A stretch of 15,503 nt of DNA from Candidatus Methylomirabilia bacterium (lineage in GTDB: Bacteria > Methylomirabilota > Methylomirabilia > Rokubacteriales > CSP1-6), in NCBI GenBank assembly GCA_041496385.1, contig JBGQEL010000096.1, positions 1-15,503 on the forward strand, given 5' to 3'. Under the pieces are notes generated by a model that was not told the DNA's origin, ran no database searches, and saw nothing but the letters and a program-made list of their open reading frames with translations. The translations under genes and the position numbers were made by a program. Positions 1-8,659 of the stretch are shown here, piece by piece (the stretch's first letter is position 1; each line of letters begins with the position of its first letter).

Positions 1-139
1 GCGGCTCGCTCAATTTGTCGCAACGTCCGTGGGGCGGACGCGGCAAGTGAACCCCGAGCGAAGCGCCCGCCCGGTGTCTGGTGCGGTGATGAGCCAACCT
101 CGAGCCCGCTATTCACCCGCTTTTTCCGCAACCTGCTAG
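1..139 (+). mobile_element. Probable right end of an IS5/IS1182-like insertion sequence
   Basis: TTTTTCCGCAACCTG (121-135) followed by CTAG (136-139) resembles the TTTTTCAGCAGCCTG/CTAG-type IS terminus and target. The frame 2-139 is open and ends ...FSATC*. The other end is not visible. Confidence 0.55.
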
Positions 140-140
140 C

Positions 141-398
141 GATGAACGGCATGAGTGCACGACCTTGGACGAGCTGACAGGGCTGCGGGTGTCGCTCGAC
201 CAGCTCCGCAATGAGTACGGCCTCGATCTTGAGTATCAGATCGAGCGGCTGGACGAGGACATCGCTGAGCGCGAGGAGGGACGGCGGGATCTTGATGAAG
301 GAAGCGGGTACGGGCGGGACCGGACAATCGTTCGCCGCGAGATCGTCACGGATGACGAAGTGCGGGAGATGTTCCGGACGCTCCGCGAAGGTAGCTAG
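141..398 (+). pseudogene. 3' remnant of a larger gene (acidic C-terminus), apparently IS-interrupted
   Basis: Reads DERHECTTLDEL...DDEVREMFRTLREGS* directly from the IS junction, with no convincing RBS or start. Composition is less GC-rich than the neighbouring genes. Confidence 0.5.
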
Positions 399-578
399 GC
401 TTCGTCGCGGCCAGCCGTAGCTGCGGTGGATCTGGCGGGAGGCGATCCGCGTCTCCGCTGTGAGCGCAGCGTCGGCGGCATGATCAGGATCAGCCCGACC
501 AGGCGATTCGCGTCCCGCCGTCCTGTCGTACCTGGGCTACGCTGTCGCACCAAGTCCGCGTTCGTCTCATCGGGTACC

Positions 579-676
579 GGGGCACGGGGGCGGGGGCGGG
601 AGGGGTGGCGAGCCGGGGGACCCCACACCGGGCGGGGGTGGCGAGCCACCCCTCCCGCCCCCGGCCCCCGCGCCCC
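579..676. repeat. Long GC-rich inverted repeat (~31-bp arms) between convergent genes; possible terminator or REP-like element
   Basis: The arm at 579-609 (GGGGCACGGGGGCGGGGGCGGGAGGGGTGGC) pairs with 645-676 with one mismatch and one indel. GGGGTGGCGAGCC occurs twice. Confidence 0.8.
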
Positions 677-707
677 GCCGCCGCGAGCAGAGACAACGCG
701 GGAAGGG

Positions 708-1652
708 CTAGTCTTCGTCGACCCAGGCGGCGGTGAGGCGGCGGGCCAGGGCGCGGTGGCCCTTGAAGAAGTAGGCGAGCATCCCCGCCGCGGCGAGGAG
801 ATTGCCGACGAAGACCGTCCAGCCCGCCAGCTCGTCCAGCACCCACTTCGCCGCGATCACGACGGCGCCGAAGAAGAACACCTCGAAGGCGGTGAAGAAG
901 ATGACGAGCGCGAAGACGAAGAGCGGCTGGCGCTCGGCACCGGCGATGAGCAGCGCGCCGACGATGCCCACCACGACGAAGGCGAGGCCGTGCACGACCG
1001 TGTACCAGAGCACCGCCGGCAGCGGCGACGCCTGGCGGAGGAGCGCCGCGCCCAGGAGCCGCGGCGTCCGGAGCGGCTCGCCCTGGATCCCGTCGATGAG
1101 GAGGAACCAGACCGCCACGGCGGCGGCGCCGATGAGGCCCGCGATGACGCCCTCGCGCAGCACGCCGCCCCAGGAGCCGACGAGCGACTGCGGCAGCGCG
1201 CGATGCGCGCGGAAGAGATACCAGAGCATCGCGACCGAGGCGAGGAGGTTGCCGACGAGGATCGCCCACCAGACGAGCGCACCGAGCATGGACTTGCCGA
1301 GCGCGCCGACGACGCCGAAGAAGAACACCTCGAAGCAGGCGAAGAGGATGATGAAGGCGACGAAGAGGGCGGGCTCGCGCTCGCTCACCGCCATCACGCT
1401 GGCCGCGATCACGCCGAAGGCGACGAAGGCGAGCCCGTGGAGGATCGTGTAGCCGACGACGTTGCCCGCCGTGATCTCGACACCCGCCGGGCTGGTGACG
1501 CCCTGGAACACCGCCGCGCCGAGCAGCGCCGGCGTCAGGAACGGGCGGCCGCGGGCCGCGTCGAAGAGGAGGAACCAGACGGCGACGACGGTCGCTCCGA
1601 TCAAGCCGGCGACGATGCCTTCGCGCAGGACGGACCGGTGGACCAGCGCCAT
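708..1652 (-). CDS. Polytopic membrane protein with two tandem homologous halves (314 aa)
   Basis: Starts MALVHRSVLREG. LREGIVAGLIGATVVAVWFLLFD...TPALLG is repeated as LREGVIAGLIGAAAVAVWFLLID...TPRLLG. Many hydrophobic segments. TACAAT lies upstream at 1667-1672. Confidence 0.88.
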   Translation of the reverse strand: MALVHRSVLREGIVAGLIGATVVAVWFLLFDAARGRPFLTPALLGAAVFQGVTSPAGVEITAGNVVGYTILHGLAFVAFGVIAASVMAVSEREPALFVAFIILFACFEVFFFGVVGALGKSMLGALVWWAILVGNLLASVAMLWYLFRAHRALPQSLVGSWGGVLREGVIAGLIGAAAVAVWFLLIDGIQGEPLRTPRLLGAALLRQASPLPAVLWYTVVHGLAFVVVGIVGALLIAGAERQPLFVFALVIFFTAFEVFFFGAVVIAAKWVLDELAGWTVFVGNLLAAAGMLAYFFKGHRALARRLTAAWVDED

Positions 1653-1672
1653 GACCGTCGGCGGGTATTGTA

Positions 1673-2314
1673 TCAGGGGTCGCGGACGAACCTGACCCCG
1701 TAGTCCGAGTAGCGCAGGTGCGGTGGCAGCGAGGAGCGATGGGCGACGGGGCTCCACGGATCGGCGTGACGCCAGGCGCCGCCGCGACTCACGCGGCGCG
1801 TGCCGGCCTCGGGGCCGCGCGGATTCGCCGCCGGCGCGCAACCGTAGTAGGCGTCGTCGTACCAGTCGGCGCACCACTCGTGGCAGACCCCGGAGAGGTC
1901 GGTCAGGCCGAGCGGATTCGCGGGCGTCGCGCCGACGCACGGCGGCCGCTCGAACCGCCCGTGGGGCCCGGCGTCGCCCCACGGATAGCGCGCGGCAGGG
2001 AGGCCCCCACGCGCCGCCTTCTCCCACTCGGCTTCCGTCGGCAGGCGCGCGCCCGCCCATAGGGCGAACGCCGCGGCCTCGTTCCACGCGAGGCCGACGA
2101 CCGGCTGCCGCGGATCGGCGAACGCCCCATCGGCTCCGAAGGGCGGCGGCGGGGCGCCGGTCGCCTCGCGGTAGCCGGCGTAGTCGGCGTTGGTCGCGGG
2201 CGTCGTGGCGACGAGGAACTCGTCGACCCAGACCTCGTGGACGGGGCGCTCGCACGGGTGGCCTTCCGCCCAGCCCATCAGGAACGATCCCGCCGGCACG
2301 CGGACGAATCGCAT
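1673..2314 (-). CDS. FGE-sulfatase/SUMF1-domain protein
   Basis: Motifs GSFLMG, ERPVHEV, RLPTEAEWEKAARGG, YPWG, HEWCADWY, RVSRGGAW and YGVRFV. Confidence 0.92.
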   Translation of the reverse strand: MRFVRVPAGSFLMGWAEGHPCERPVHEVWVDEFLVATTPATNADYAGYREATGAPPPPFGADGAFADPRQPVVGLAWNEAAAFALWAGARLPTEAEWEKAARGGLPAARYPWGDAGPHGRFERPPCVGATPANPLGLTDLSGVCHEWCADWYDDAYYGCAPAANPRGPEAGTRRVSRGGAWRHADPWSPVAHRSSLPPHLRYSDYGVRFVRDP

Positions 2315-2319
2315 CGCCG

Positions 2320-2326
2320 TATAATA
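2320..2326. promoter_or_regulatory. Overlapping bidirectional -10 elements in a 36-bp divergent gap
   Basis: TATAAT on + (2320-2325) and TATTAT on - (2326-2321). The latter is 6 nt before the ATG at 2314. Confidence 0.65.
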
Positions 2327-2350
2327 GTGGCCTTCCGAAAGGGGAACCCC

Positions 2351-3523
2351 ATGAACGTCGCGTCACGGATGCAACGCCTGGGAACGGAGTCGGCCTTCGA
2401 GGTGCTCGCGCGCGCCAAGGCGCTCGAGCGCGCGGGGCGCCAGATCGTCCACCTCGAGATCGGCGAGCCGGACTTCGACACGCCGGCGCACATCAAGGAG
2501 GCCGCGAAGCAGGCGCTCGACGCGGGCGCGACGCACTACGGCCCGTCGGCCGGCCTGCCCGAGCTCCGCGAGGCGATCGCCAAGCACGTCGGCCAGACGC
2601 GCGGCGTGCCCGTCGCGCCCGAGGAGGTCGTCGTGACGCCCGGCGCGAAGCCGATCATGTTCTTCACGATCATGGCGCTCGCGGGTGAGGGGGACGAGGT
2701 CATCTACCCGAACCCGGGCTTTCCGATCTACGAGTCGGTCATCAACTTCGTCGGCGCCGTGCCGGTGGCGATCCCGCTGCGCGAGGAGAGCGGCTTTGGC
2801 TTCGACCTCGAGCTGTTCGAGCGCAAGGTCTCGCCGCGCACGCGCCTCATCATCATCAACTCGCCCCAGAATCCGACGGGCGGCGTGCTCGACCGCGGCC
2901 AGATCGAGCGCGTCGCGCGGATCGCGGCCGAGCGCCGGATCCCCGTGCTCGCCGACGAGATCTACCGCGAGTTCCTCTACGAGGGCGAGTTCACCTCGAT
3001 CATGGGCTTCCCTGGCATGCGCGAGCTGACGATCCTGCTCGACGGCTTCTCGAAGTCGTACGCGATGACGGGCTGGCGCCTCGGCTACGGGGTCATGCCG
3101 CCGCCGCTCGCCGAGCACGTGACGCGGCTGATGGTCAACTCGGCGTCCTGCACGGCCTCGTTCGTCCAGCTCGCCGGGATCGCCGCGCTCCAGGGCGACC
3201 AGACGCCGGTCGCGCGCATGGTGGCCGAGTTCAAGCGGCGCCGCGACCTGTTCGTGGACGGCCTCAACCGGCTGCCCGGCGTGCGCTGCGCGCGGCCGCG
3301 CGGCGCCTTCTACGCCTTCCCGAACGTCACCGCCACCGGCCGGCCCGCGGCGGAGGTGGCCGAGCGCCTCCTGAACGAGGCGGGCGTCGCCGTGCTCGGC
3401 GGCACGGCGTTCGGCGCCCACGGCGAGGGCTACCTCCGGCTGTCGTACGCGAACTCGGAGGCCAACCTCCGGCTCGCCCTCGATCGGATGCGCCCCGTGT
3501 TCGAGAGCTTCGCCAAGAAGTGA
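2351..3523 (+). CDS. PLP-dependent class I/II aminotransferase (aspartate aminotransferase-like, 390 aa)
   Basis: Motifs IGEPDF, YGPSAGLPELR, NSPQNPTG, DEIY, GFSKSYAMTGWRLG (PLP lysine) and YLRLSY. AAGGGG RBS before the ATG at 2351. Confidence 0.95.
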   Translation: MNVASRMQRLGTESAFEVLARAKALERAGRQIVHLEIGEPDFDTPAHIKEAAKQALDAGATHYGPSAGLPELREAIAKHVGQTRGVPVAPEEVVVTPGAKPIMFFTIMALAGEGDEVIYPNPGFPIYESVINFVGAVPVAIPLREESGFGFDLELFERKVSPRTRLIIINSPQNPTGGVLDRGQIERVARIAAERRIPVLADEIYREFLYEGEFTSIMGFPGMRELTILLDGFSKSYAMTGWRLGYGVMPPPLAEHVTRLMVNSASCTASFVQLAGIAALQGDQTPVARMVAEFKRRRDLFVDGLNRLPGVRCARPRGAFYAFPNVTATGRPAAEVAERLLNEAGVAVLGGTAFGAHGEGYLRLSYANSEANLRLALDRMRPVFESFAKK

Positions 3524-4491
3524 CCTTCGACCTCGGCGCCGTACGGGCGCGGTGGGAAGGCTACGAGACCGAGCTCGTCTGGGGACGCTATCCCGTCGAG
3601 CACGACCCGATCCGTCGCCACTGCCACATGGTGGACGACACCAACCCGCGCTACCTCGAGCGCGGCGAGTGCCCGCCCGTCATGGTCGACTACTTCGCCT
3701 CCGCGGGCGCCTGGCCGCCAGCGGAGCTCGACATCATCACGTTCGTCCGGAGGATCCCGACGCCCGGCGACCGGCTGGTGAACCTGGGGCACGAGTTCGA
3801 GTGGCACCGCGCCGCGCGCGTGGGCGACCGTCTGGGCGCGCGCCATCGCGTGCGCTCGATCGAGCTGCGCGCGACGCGGCTGGACCCGCTCTCGGTATGG
3901 ATCTCCACCGAGACCACGATCGTGAACCAGGCCCGTGAGTCCGTGGCGACGCGCCTGAACCAGATCATGGTCCACCGCGCGACCGCCGAGCAGGGCACGG
4001 GGGATCCGGCCGAACGCCGCGCGCCGGAGCCACACCCGCCCGGTCGGCCCGAAGGTCGGGCGCGCCTGCGCCCCGCCGGCGACTCGACGAACGGCGAGTC
4101 GCTCCCGGGCTTCGCACTCCCGCTCACGATGACCCGCATGGCCCTCCAGGTCTCCGGGACGCAGGACTTCTACCCGGTGCACCACGACCGCGAGTTCGCG
4201 CGCCAGGGCGGTCACGCGGACATCTTCATCAATACGGGGCTCATCCGCGGCCTCCTCTGCCGGCTCGTCGGCGACTGGGCGGGGGACGACGGGTTCGTCA
4301 GGAAGCTCGGCTTCCAGATGCGCCGGCCGCATCTGCTCGGCGACACGATCACGGTCGCCGGGCGCGTCGCGCGCCGCTGGCGCGACGGCGCACACGGCGC
4401 CGCAGACCTCGACGTCTGGATCGAGAACCCGCGCGACGGCGTGGCCACGCCCGGGCGCGCGACGGTCTGGCTCGCGTCCCGCCCCGCCTGA
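3520..4491 (+). CDS. Double hotdog-fold MaoC/FAS1-like dehydratase
   Basis: N-terminal domain has IRRHCHMVDDTNP...HEFEWHR. C-terminal domain has the hydratase motif DFYPVHHD. GTGA overlap with the upstream stop. Confidence 0.85.
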   Translation: MTFDLGAVRARWEGYETELVWGRYPVEHDPIRRHCHMVDDTNPRYLERGECPPVMVDYFASAGAWPPAELDIITFVRRIPTPGDRLVNLGHEFEWHRAARVGDRLGARHRVRSIELRATRLDPLSVWISTETTIVNQARESVATRLNQIMVHRATAEQGTGDPAERRAPEPHPPGRPEGRARLRPAGDSTNGESLPGFALPLTMTRMALQVSGTQDFYPVHHDREFARQGGHADIFINTGLIRGLLCRLVGDWAGDDGFVRKLGFQMRRPHLLGDTITVAGRVARRWRDGAHGAADLDVWIENPRDGVATPGRATVWLASRPA

Positions 4492-4500
4492 GGCAAGCCC

Positions 4501-5958
4501 ATGATCACCGTCGCGGACGTGGTCGTCGACGGTCTCAAGCGGGCGGGCACGGCGCGGCTCTTCGGCGTGCCCGGCGTCGGCGGCAACCTCCGGTTCCTCG
4601 AGGCCGCGCGTGCGCGCGACCTGCCGCTCGTGCTCGCCTACGGCGACGCCGCCGCGTGCGTGATGGCCGCGGTGACGGGCGATCTCGGCGACGCGCCCGG
4701 CGTCGCGCTCGCGGGCCGCGGCCCCGGCGTCGCCGCCGCGATCACCGGCGTCGCGCACGCCGCGCTCGATCGCTCGCCGATGCTCTTGCTGACCGACCGC
4801 CATCCGGGCACGCTGCTCGCCTGCAAGGCCAGCCTGCGGGTGGAAGCGCCCTCCGCGGCGCACTGGATCGCCCACGCCGTCCAGCTCGCGATGAAGCCGC
4901 CGCGCGGTCCCGTGCACCTCGACGTGCCGCCCGACGTCGCGCGCGAGCCCGCGCTGCCCCTCGCGACGGCGTGCCGTCCCGAGCCCCTGCCGCCGCCCGC
5001 CGCCGAGGCCCTCGACGCCGCCGCGACGCTCCTGGCCCGCGCGTCGCGGCCCGTCATGATCGTCGGGCTGGGTTGCCGCGCGCCGGAGAGCGCCGGGTGG
5101 CTCCGCGCCTTCGCCGAGGCTCTGCCCGCTCCCGTGCTGGCGACGCGGAAGGGGAAGGGCGCCGTCCCGGACCCCCACCCGCTGCGGCTCGGCGTGCTGC
5201 CGGGCGGCGGCGTCGAGGGGCGCCTGCTCGCGCGCGCGGACCTTCTCGTCGCGCTCGGGCTCGACGCCGCCGAGGCGAGCCCCGACACCTGGCCCGGCGA
5301 CGCGCCGCTGCTGCACCTGGCGCCGTTCGCCGCGGCGGGCGGGCTGCGCCGGCGCGTGACCGAGGTCGTGGGCGAGATCGCGCTGATCGTCGAGGAGCTG
5401 GCGCCGCGCCTCCGGGGGGGCGCGCGGGCCGACTGGGACGTGGCCGAGCTCGACCGGATGAAGCGCGAGCTTCGCGCGCTGCCGGCGACGGCGGGCGGCC
5501 CGGCGCGCCGGAGGATCGTGCGACTAGCGCGCGAGGCCGCTGAGGCCGGAATGCTCGCCGCCGTGGATCCGGGCGCGCACGCCGCCGACGTCGCGGCGGC
5601 CTGGGACGCCGTGGCCCCCGGCGAATTCCTGGTCTCCGACGGCGCGGCGACGACGGGCTTCGCGCTGCCCGCCGCGATCGCGGCGCATCTGGCCCGCCCG
5701 GCGCGGCGCGCCGTCTGTTTCACCGCCGCGGCCGGACTCATCGGCGCCGCGTCGGAGCTGGAGACCGCGACGCGGCTGCGCGCGCCCGTCGTCGTGGTCG
5801 CGTTCGGCGAGCACGGCGCGGGCGCGCCCGAGCTCACGCGGCTCACGCAGAGCTTCGGCGTGCCGACGTTCGCCGCCGACGGCGAGGCCCGGTTCGCGGA
5901 GGCGTTCGGCCGCGCGCTCGCCGTCGGCGGGCCGGCCGTCGTCGCCGTCTGGGCTTGA
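4501..5958 (+). CDS. Acetolactate synthase-like ThDP-fold protein with degenerate cofactor motifs
   Basis: Motifs LFGVPG, GPGV, RGPVHLDVP, KGKGAVPDPHPL and GFALPAAIAA. The GDG...N motif is absent. Confidence 0.88.
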   Translation: MITVADVVVDGLKRAGTARLFGVPGVGGNLRFLEAARARDLPLVLAYGDAAACVMAAVTGDLGDAPGVALAGRGPGVAAAITGVAHAALDRSPMLLLTDRHPGTLLACKASLRVEAPSAAHWIAHAVQLAMKPPRGPVHLDVPPDVAREPALPLATACRPEPLPPPAAEALDAAATLLARASRPVMIVGLGCRAPESAGWLRAFAEALPAPVLATRKGKGAVPDPHPLRLGVLPGGGVEGRLLARADLLVALGLDAAEASPDTWPGDAPLLHLAPFAAAGGLRRRVTEVVGEIALIVEELAPRLRGGARADWDVAELDRMKRELRALPATAGGPARRRIVRLAREAAEAGMLAAVDPGAHAADVAAAWDAVAPGEFLVSDGAATTGFALPAAIAAHLARPARRAVCFTAAAGLIGAASELETATRLRAPVVVVAFGEHGAGAPELTRLTQSFGVPTFAADGEARFAEAFGRALAVGGPAVVAVWA

Positions 5959-5983
5959 CAGTTCGGGCGTGCTGGACCAACGT
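5955..5983 (+). promoter_or_regulatory. Putative sigma70 promoter, probably leaderless
   Basis: TTGACA (5955-5960), 17-nt spacer, CAACGT (5978-5983), 6 nt, then ATG at 5990. Confidence 0.5.
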
Positions 5984-5989
5984 GGCGGC

Positions 5990-6793
5990 ATGACGCGCGG
6001 GTTGCGTGTCGCCGCGATCACGGCGCTCCTCGTCACGTCCCTCACGCCCGGCGGCGCCGGGGCGGCGGAGTGCGCGCCACCGCGGACGCTTGCGACGACG
6101 GTGCTGGGGATGAGCTACTGCGTGGATCCGGCGTTCACGGCGACGATCACCGGCCGGGTGCAGGCGATCCGGCAGGACGTGCGGGCGCAACGCCAGGCCG
6201 GGAAGCTCGTCGTCTACGCGAGCACGCCGATCAGCCCCCGCGGCGGCGGGAACGAGCGCGTGAACCTCGAGATCGCGGCGGCGGTCAAGACGCGCCTGGA
6301 AAAGGAGTTCGGCGGCGCCGTCTGGGTACTCGACCCGGGCGCGTACCAGATGTCCCCCCTCGGCGGCCGGGCGCCCGGAGGCGAGGAGTACATGCTCATG
6401 TGGACGCAGGTCCTCGCGGGGGACGACGGCACCGGGCGGGACTTCGACATGGTGCACTTCACGGGTCCCGCCGGCATGCGCGCCTTCTTCGGCTGCGGCA
6501 ACGACGACGTGACCGGCTGCATCGAGCGCCACGCGCGGTCACGGGCGCTCGCGAACGACGAGTTCCGCCGCACGGTGGTCGCGGACCCCGGGCGCCTCGC
6601 GGCGTTCGTCCGCTTCTACGCGCTGCGGGCGTCGAGCGCCTACAGCAAGGGCGCCCACGACGAGTGGAACATCGTGCTCCGCATCAACCGGCGGCGGCCG
6701 CTCGGCGAGCAGGTGGCGATGTTCTTCGACGGCCGCCCGGCCTCGCCGGCCGAGATGGAAGCCGAAGTTTCGCCGGGCTACGAGTTCCGCTGA
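5990..6793 (+). CDS. Secreted hypothetical protein, possibly nucleoside deoxyribosyltransferase-like fold (267 aa)
   Basis: Signal peptide MTRGLRVAAITALLV...AGA. Motifs VYASTPIS, VLDPG, YMLMW and SKGAHDE. Alternative GTG start at 5969. Confidence 0.82.
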   Translation: MTRGLRVAAITALLVTSLTPGGAGAAECAPPRTLATTVLGMSYCVDPAFTATITGRVQAIRQDVRAQRQAGKLVVYASTPISPRGGGNERVNLEIAAAVKTRLEKEFGGAVWVLDPGAYQMSPLGGRAPGGEEYMLMWTQVLAGDDGTGRDFDMVHFTGPAGMRAFFGCGNDDVTGCIERHARSRALANDEFRRTVVADPGRLAAFVRFYALRASSAYSKGAHDEWNIVLRINRRRPLGEQVAMFFDGRPASPAEMEAEVSPGYEFR

Positions 6794-6799
6794 GCGGGG

Positions 6800-8659
6800 C
6801 TACACCGCGACGATCGCCGGATCGACGCGCATGACCACGTAGCCGCCCACGGCGCCCGCGCCGAAGCCCGGGGCGAAGACGCGCATCGGCCGGTCGATCA
6901 CGCCCTCCTGCACGGCGTCGTGGATCGCGATGGGGATGGACGCCGACGAGGTGTTGCCCACCCGCTCGATGTCGAAGTAGAGCCGCTCCGCCGGCACGCC
7001 CGCCGCCTTCGCGTAGTGGACGACCATCGTCTTGTTGGCCTGGTGGGGCACGACGAGGTCGATCGCGTCCAGCAGGGAGCCCGGCTCGCCGTCGGGGCGC
7101 GGGAGCACCTTGAGCTCGCCGATCATCTGCGTGAGGTAACGCTTCACCAGCGCCTTCACCTCCGGGCCGTAGACCGTGATGTTGTTGTCGAACTCGGGAT
7201 TGGGCCACACGATCGAGTCCACCTCGCTCATGGGGCCGCTCGCGTAGGTCTGGAACCATTCGACGTCGGGCGGCGCGCCGGCCGGCGCGGGCGCGACCAC
7301 GAGCGCGGCGGCGCCGTCACCGAAGATCATCCGCGACGTCCGCACCGTGCCGATCTTGTCCGAGAACTTCTCGCCGCACACGACGAGGACGGGCCGCTCC
7401 ACCTCCTGGAGCAGCCGCACGGCCTCCGAGAGCCCGTACGGGAGCCCCGCGCACGCGGCGACCATGTCGCACGAGGCGTGCGTCTGGAACATGCCGAGCT
7501 GGCCCGAGAGCCAGGTCGCGAGCGAGGGCATCATCTTCGTGGACGTGCACGAGCAGAAGAGCACCGCACCGATCTCCTCGGGCCGGCGGCCGGCCTTCTG
7601 CAGGGCCCGCTCGGCCGCCAGGAGGGCGATGTGGTCGAGGTCGAGCTCGGTGTAGAGCCGCTCGACGATCCCCGTCTTCTCCTCGATCTCCTTCGCCGTC
7701 ATGGGGGACCAGCAGTAGGCGCCGTTGCGGATCAGGTCGTCGTTGGTGCAGACGAGCTCGCCCTTGTAGACGGCGAGCGCCTCGATGCGCGGCATGACGC
7801 TGAAGCGCCGCCGCACGTCGATCGGCGGGTACGCGGCGACGGGCGCGCGGGATGGCAGCGGCGCCGGCCGGCGAGCCCGCGTGCGGCGGCCGCCCTTTAC
7901 GCGACGGATGAACTGCACGACGTCGTCGTTGCGCGGCGCGAAGACGACCACGAAGTCGTCGTCGTGGAGGTTCCCGACCTCGATCACGCGCGTCCGGGCC
8001 CGGTCCCAGCGGTACTGGTTGTGGAGCACCATCGCCTGGCGCATCAGCGCCTCGAGCTCCGGCACGCGGTGCCAGTACTCGATGATGTCCTCGTGGCCGT
8101 AGCCCGGGAAGTCGGGGTCGTACGCGAGCAGGTGGTAGGTGAGGTTCTTCGGATTCTGGAGGATCTCGCCGACGGTCGGCTTGATCGCCGGCAGCTCCGC
8201 GCCCGCGCCCTTCTTGTGCCGGAAGACGTCGAGCAGGATCCGCGAGATCTTGTCCTCGGTTCCCTCGTCCCACGCCGGCGGGAGCGCGCGGTAGCCGGTC
8301 TCGATCGCCTGCGTCAGCTCCTCGCCGTCCCAGGGCTTGAAGACGGGCAGGAAGAGATCCTCGCGGTGGCGCGGCACGTCGCGCCAGCGCATGGGCCGCT
8401 TCTCGTACATGGTCATCGCGTAGCGGTTGACCCAGAAGAGGTTCAGCGCGAGGTCGCGGAGCAGGTCGTAGCGCCCGTTGTACGCGTGCGAGTCCACGCG
8501 CGCGACGATGTCGGTCTCCGTCGGCGCCTTCTCCTCGAAGTCCCGCTTGATGACCGCGGCGAACTGGTCCAGCGTCTCGAAGACGGAGAAGTCGAGCGCG
8601 GGGAAGAAGTTGGAAGGGAAGACGAGCCGGCCGTATCGGTTGATGACGAAGGGTTTCAT
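6800..8659 (-). CDS. KAS III (FabH)-like protein with a long N-terminal extension (619 aa)
   Basis: Catalytic triad motifs AACAG, VPHQAN and GNTSSAS, plus FGDGAAA and GFGAG. Starts MKPFVINRYG. Confidence 0.92.
   Translation of the reverse strand: MKPFVINRYGRLVFPSNFFPALDFSVFETLDQFAAVIKRDFEEKAPTETDIVARVDSHAYNGRYDLLRDLALNLFWVNRYAMTMYEKRPMRWRDVPRHREDLFLPVFKPWDGEELTQAIETGYRALPPAWDEGTEDKISRILLDVFRHKKGAGAELPAIKPTVGEILQNPKNLTYHLLAYDPDFPGYGHEDIIEYWHRVPELEALMRQAMVLHNQYRWDRARTRVIEVGNLHDDDFVVVFAPRNDDVVQFIRRVKGGRRTRARRPAPLPSRAPVAAYPPIDVRRRFSVMPRIEALAVYKGELVCTNDDLIRNGAYCWSPMTAKEIEEKTGIVERLYTELDLDHIALLAAERALQKAGRRPEEIGAVLFCSCTSTKMMPSLATWLSGQLGMFQTHASCDMVAACAGLPYGLSEAVRLLQEVERPVLVVCGEKFSDKIGTVRTSRMIFGDGAAALVVAPAPAGAPPDVEWFQTYASGPMSEVDSIVWPNPEFDNNITVYGPEVKALVKRYLTQMIGELKVLPRPDGEPGSLLDAIDLVVPHQANKTMVVHYAKAAGVPAERLYFDIERVGNTSSASIPIAIHDAVQEGVIDRPMRVFAPGFGAGAVGGYVVMRVDPAIVAV

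Noticed and set aside
399..578. Possible ncRNA, tRNA or attC site
   Set aside because: No recognisable cloverleaf, attC boxes or other supported structure.
426..1703. 425-aa + strand ORF
   Set aside because: Antisense shadow of the membrane protein gene, typical of high-GC DNA.
1653..2366. N-terminal extensions of called ORFs (also 8660-9064, 8778-8900, 10315-10638, 12651-12878)
   Set aside because: They overlap other genes or promoters, and internal starts have better RBS, promoter or homology support.
3430..5846. Long minus-strand ORFs (628 and 402 aa)
   Set aside because: Antisense to recognisable genes, with Arg/Ala/Gly-rich motif-free translations.
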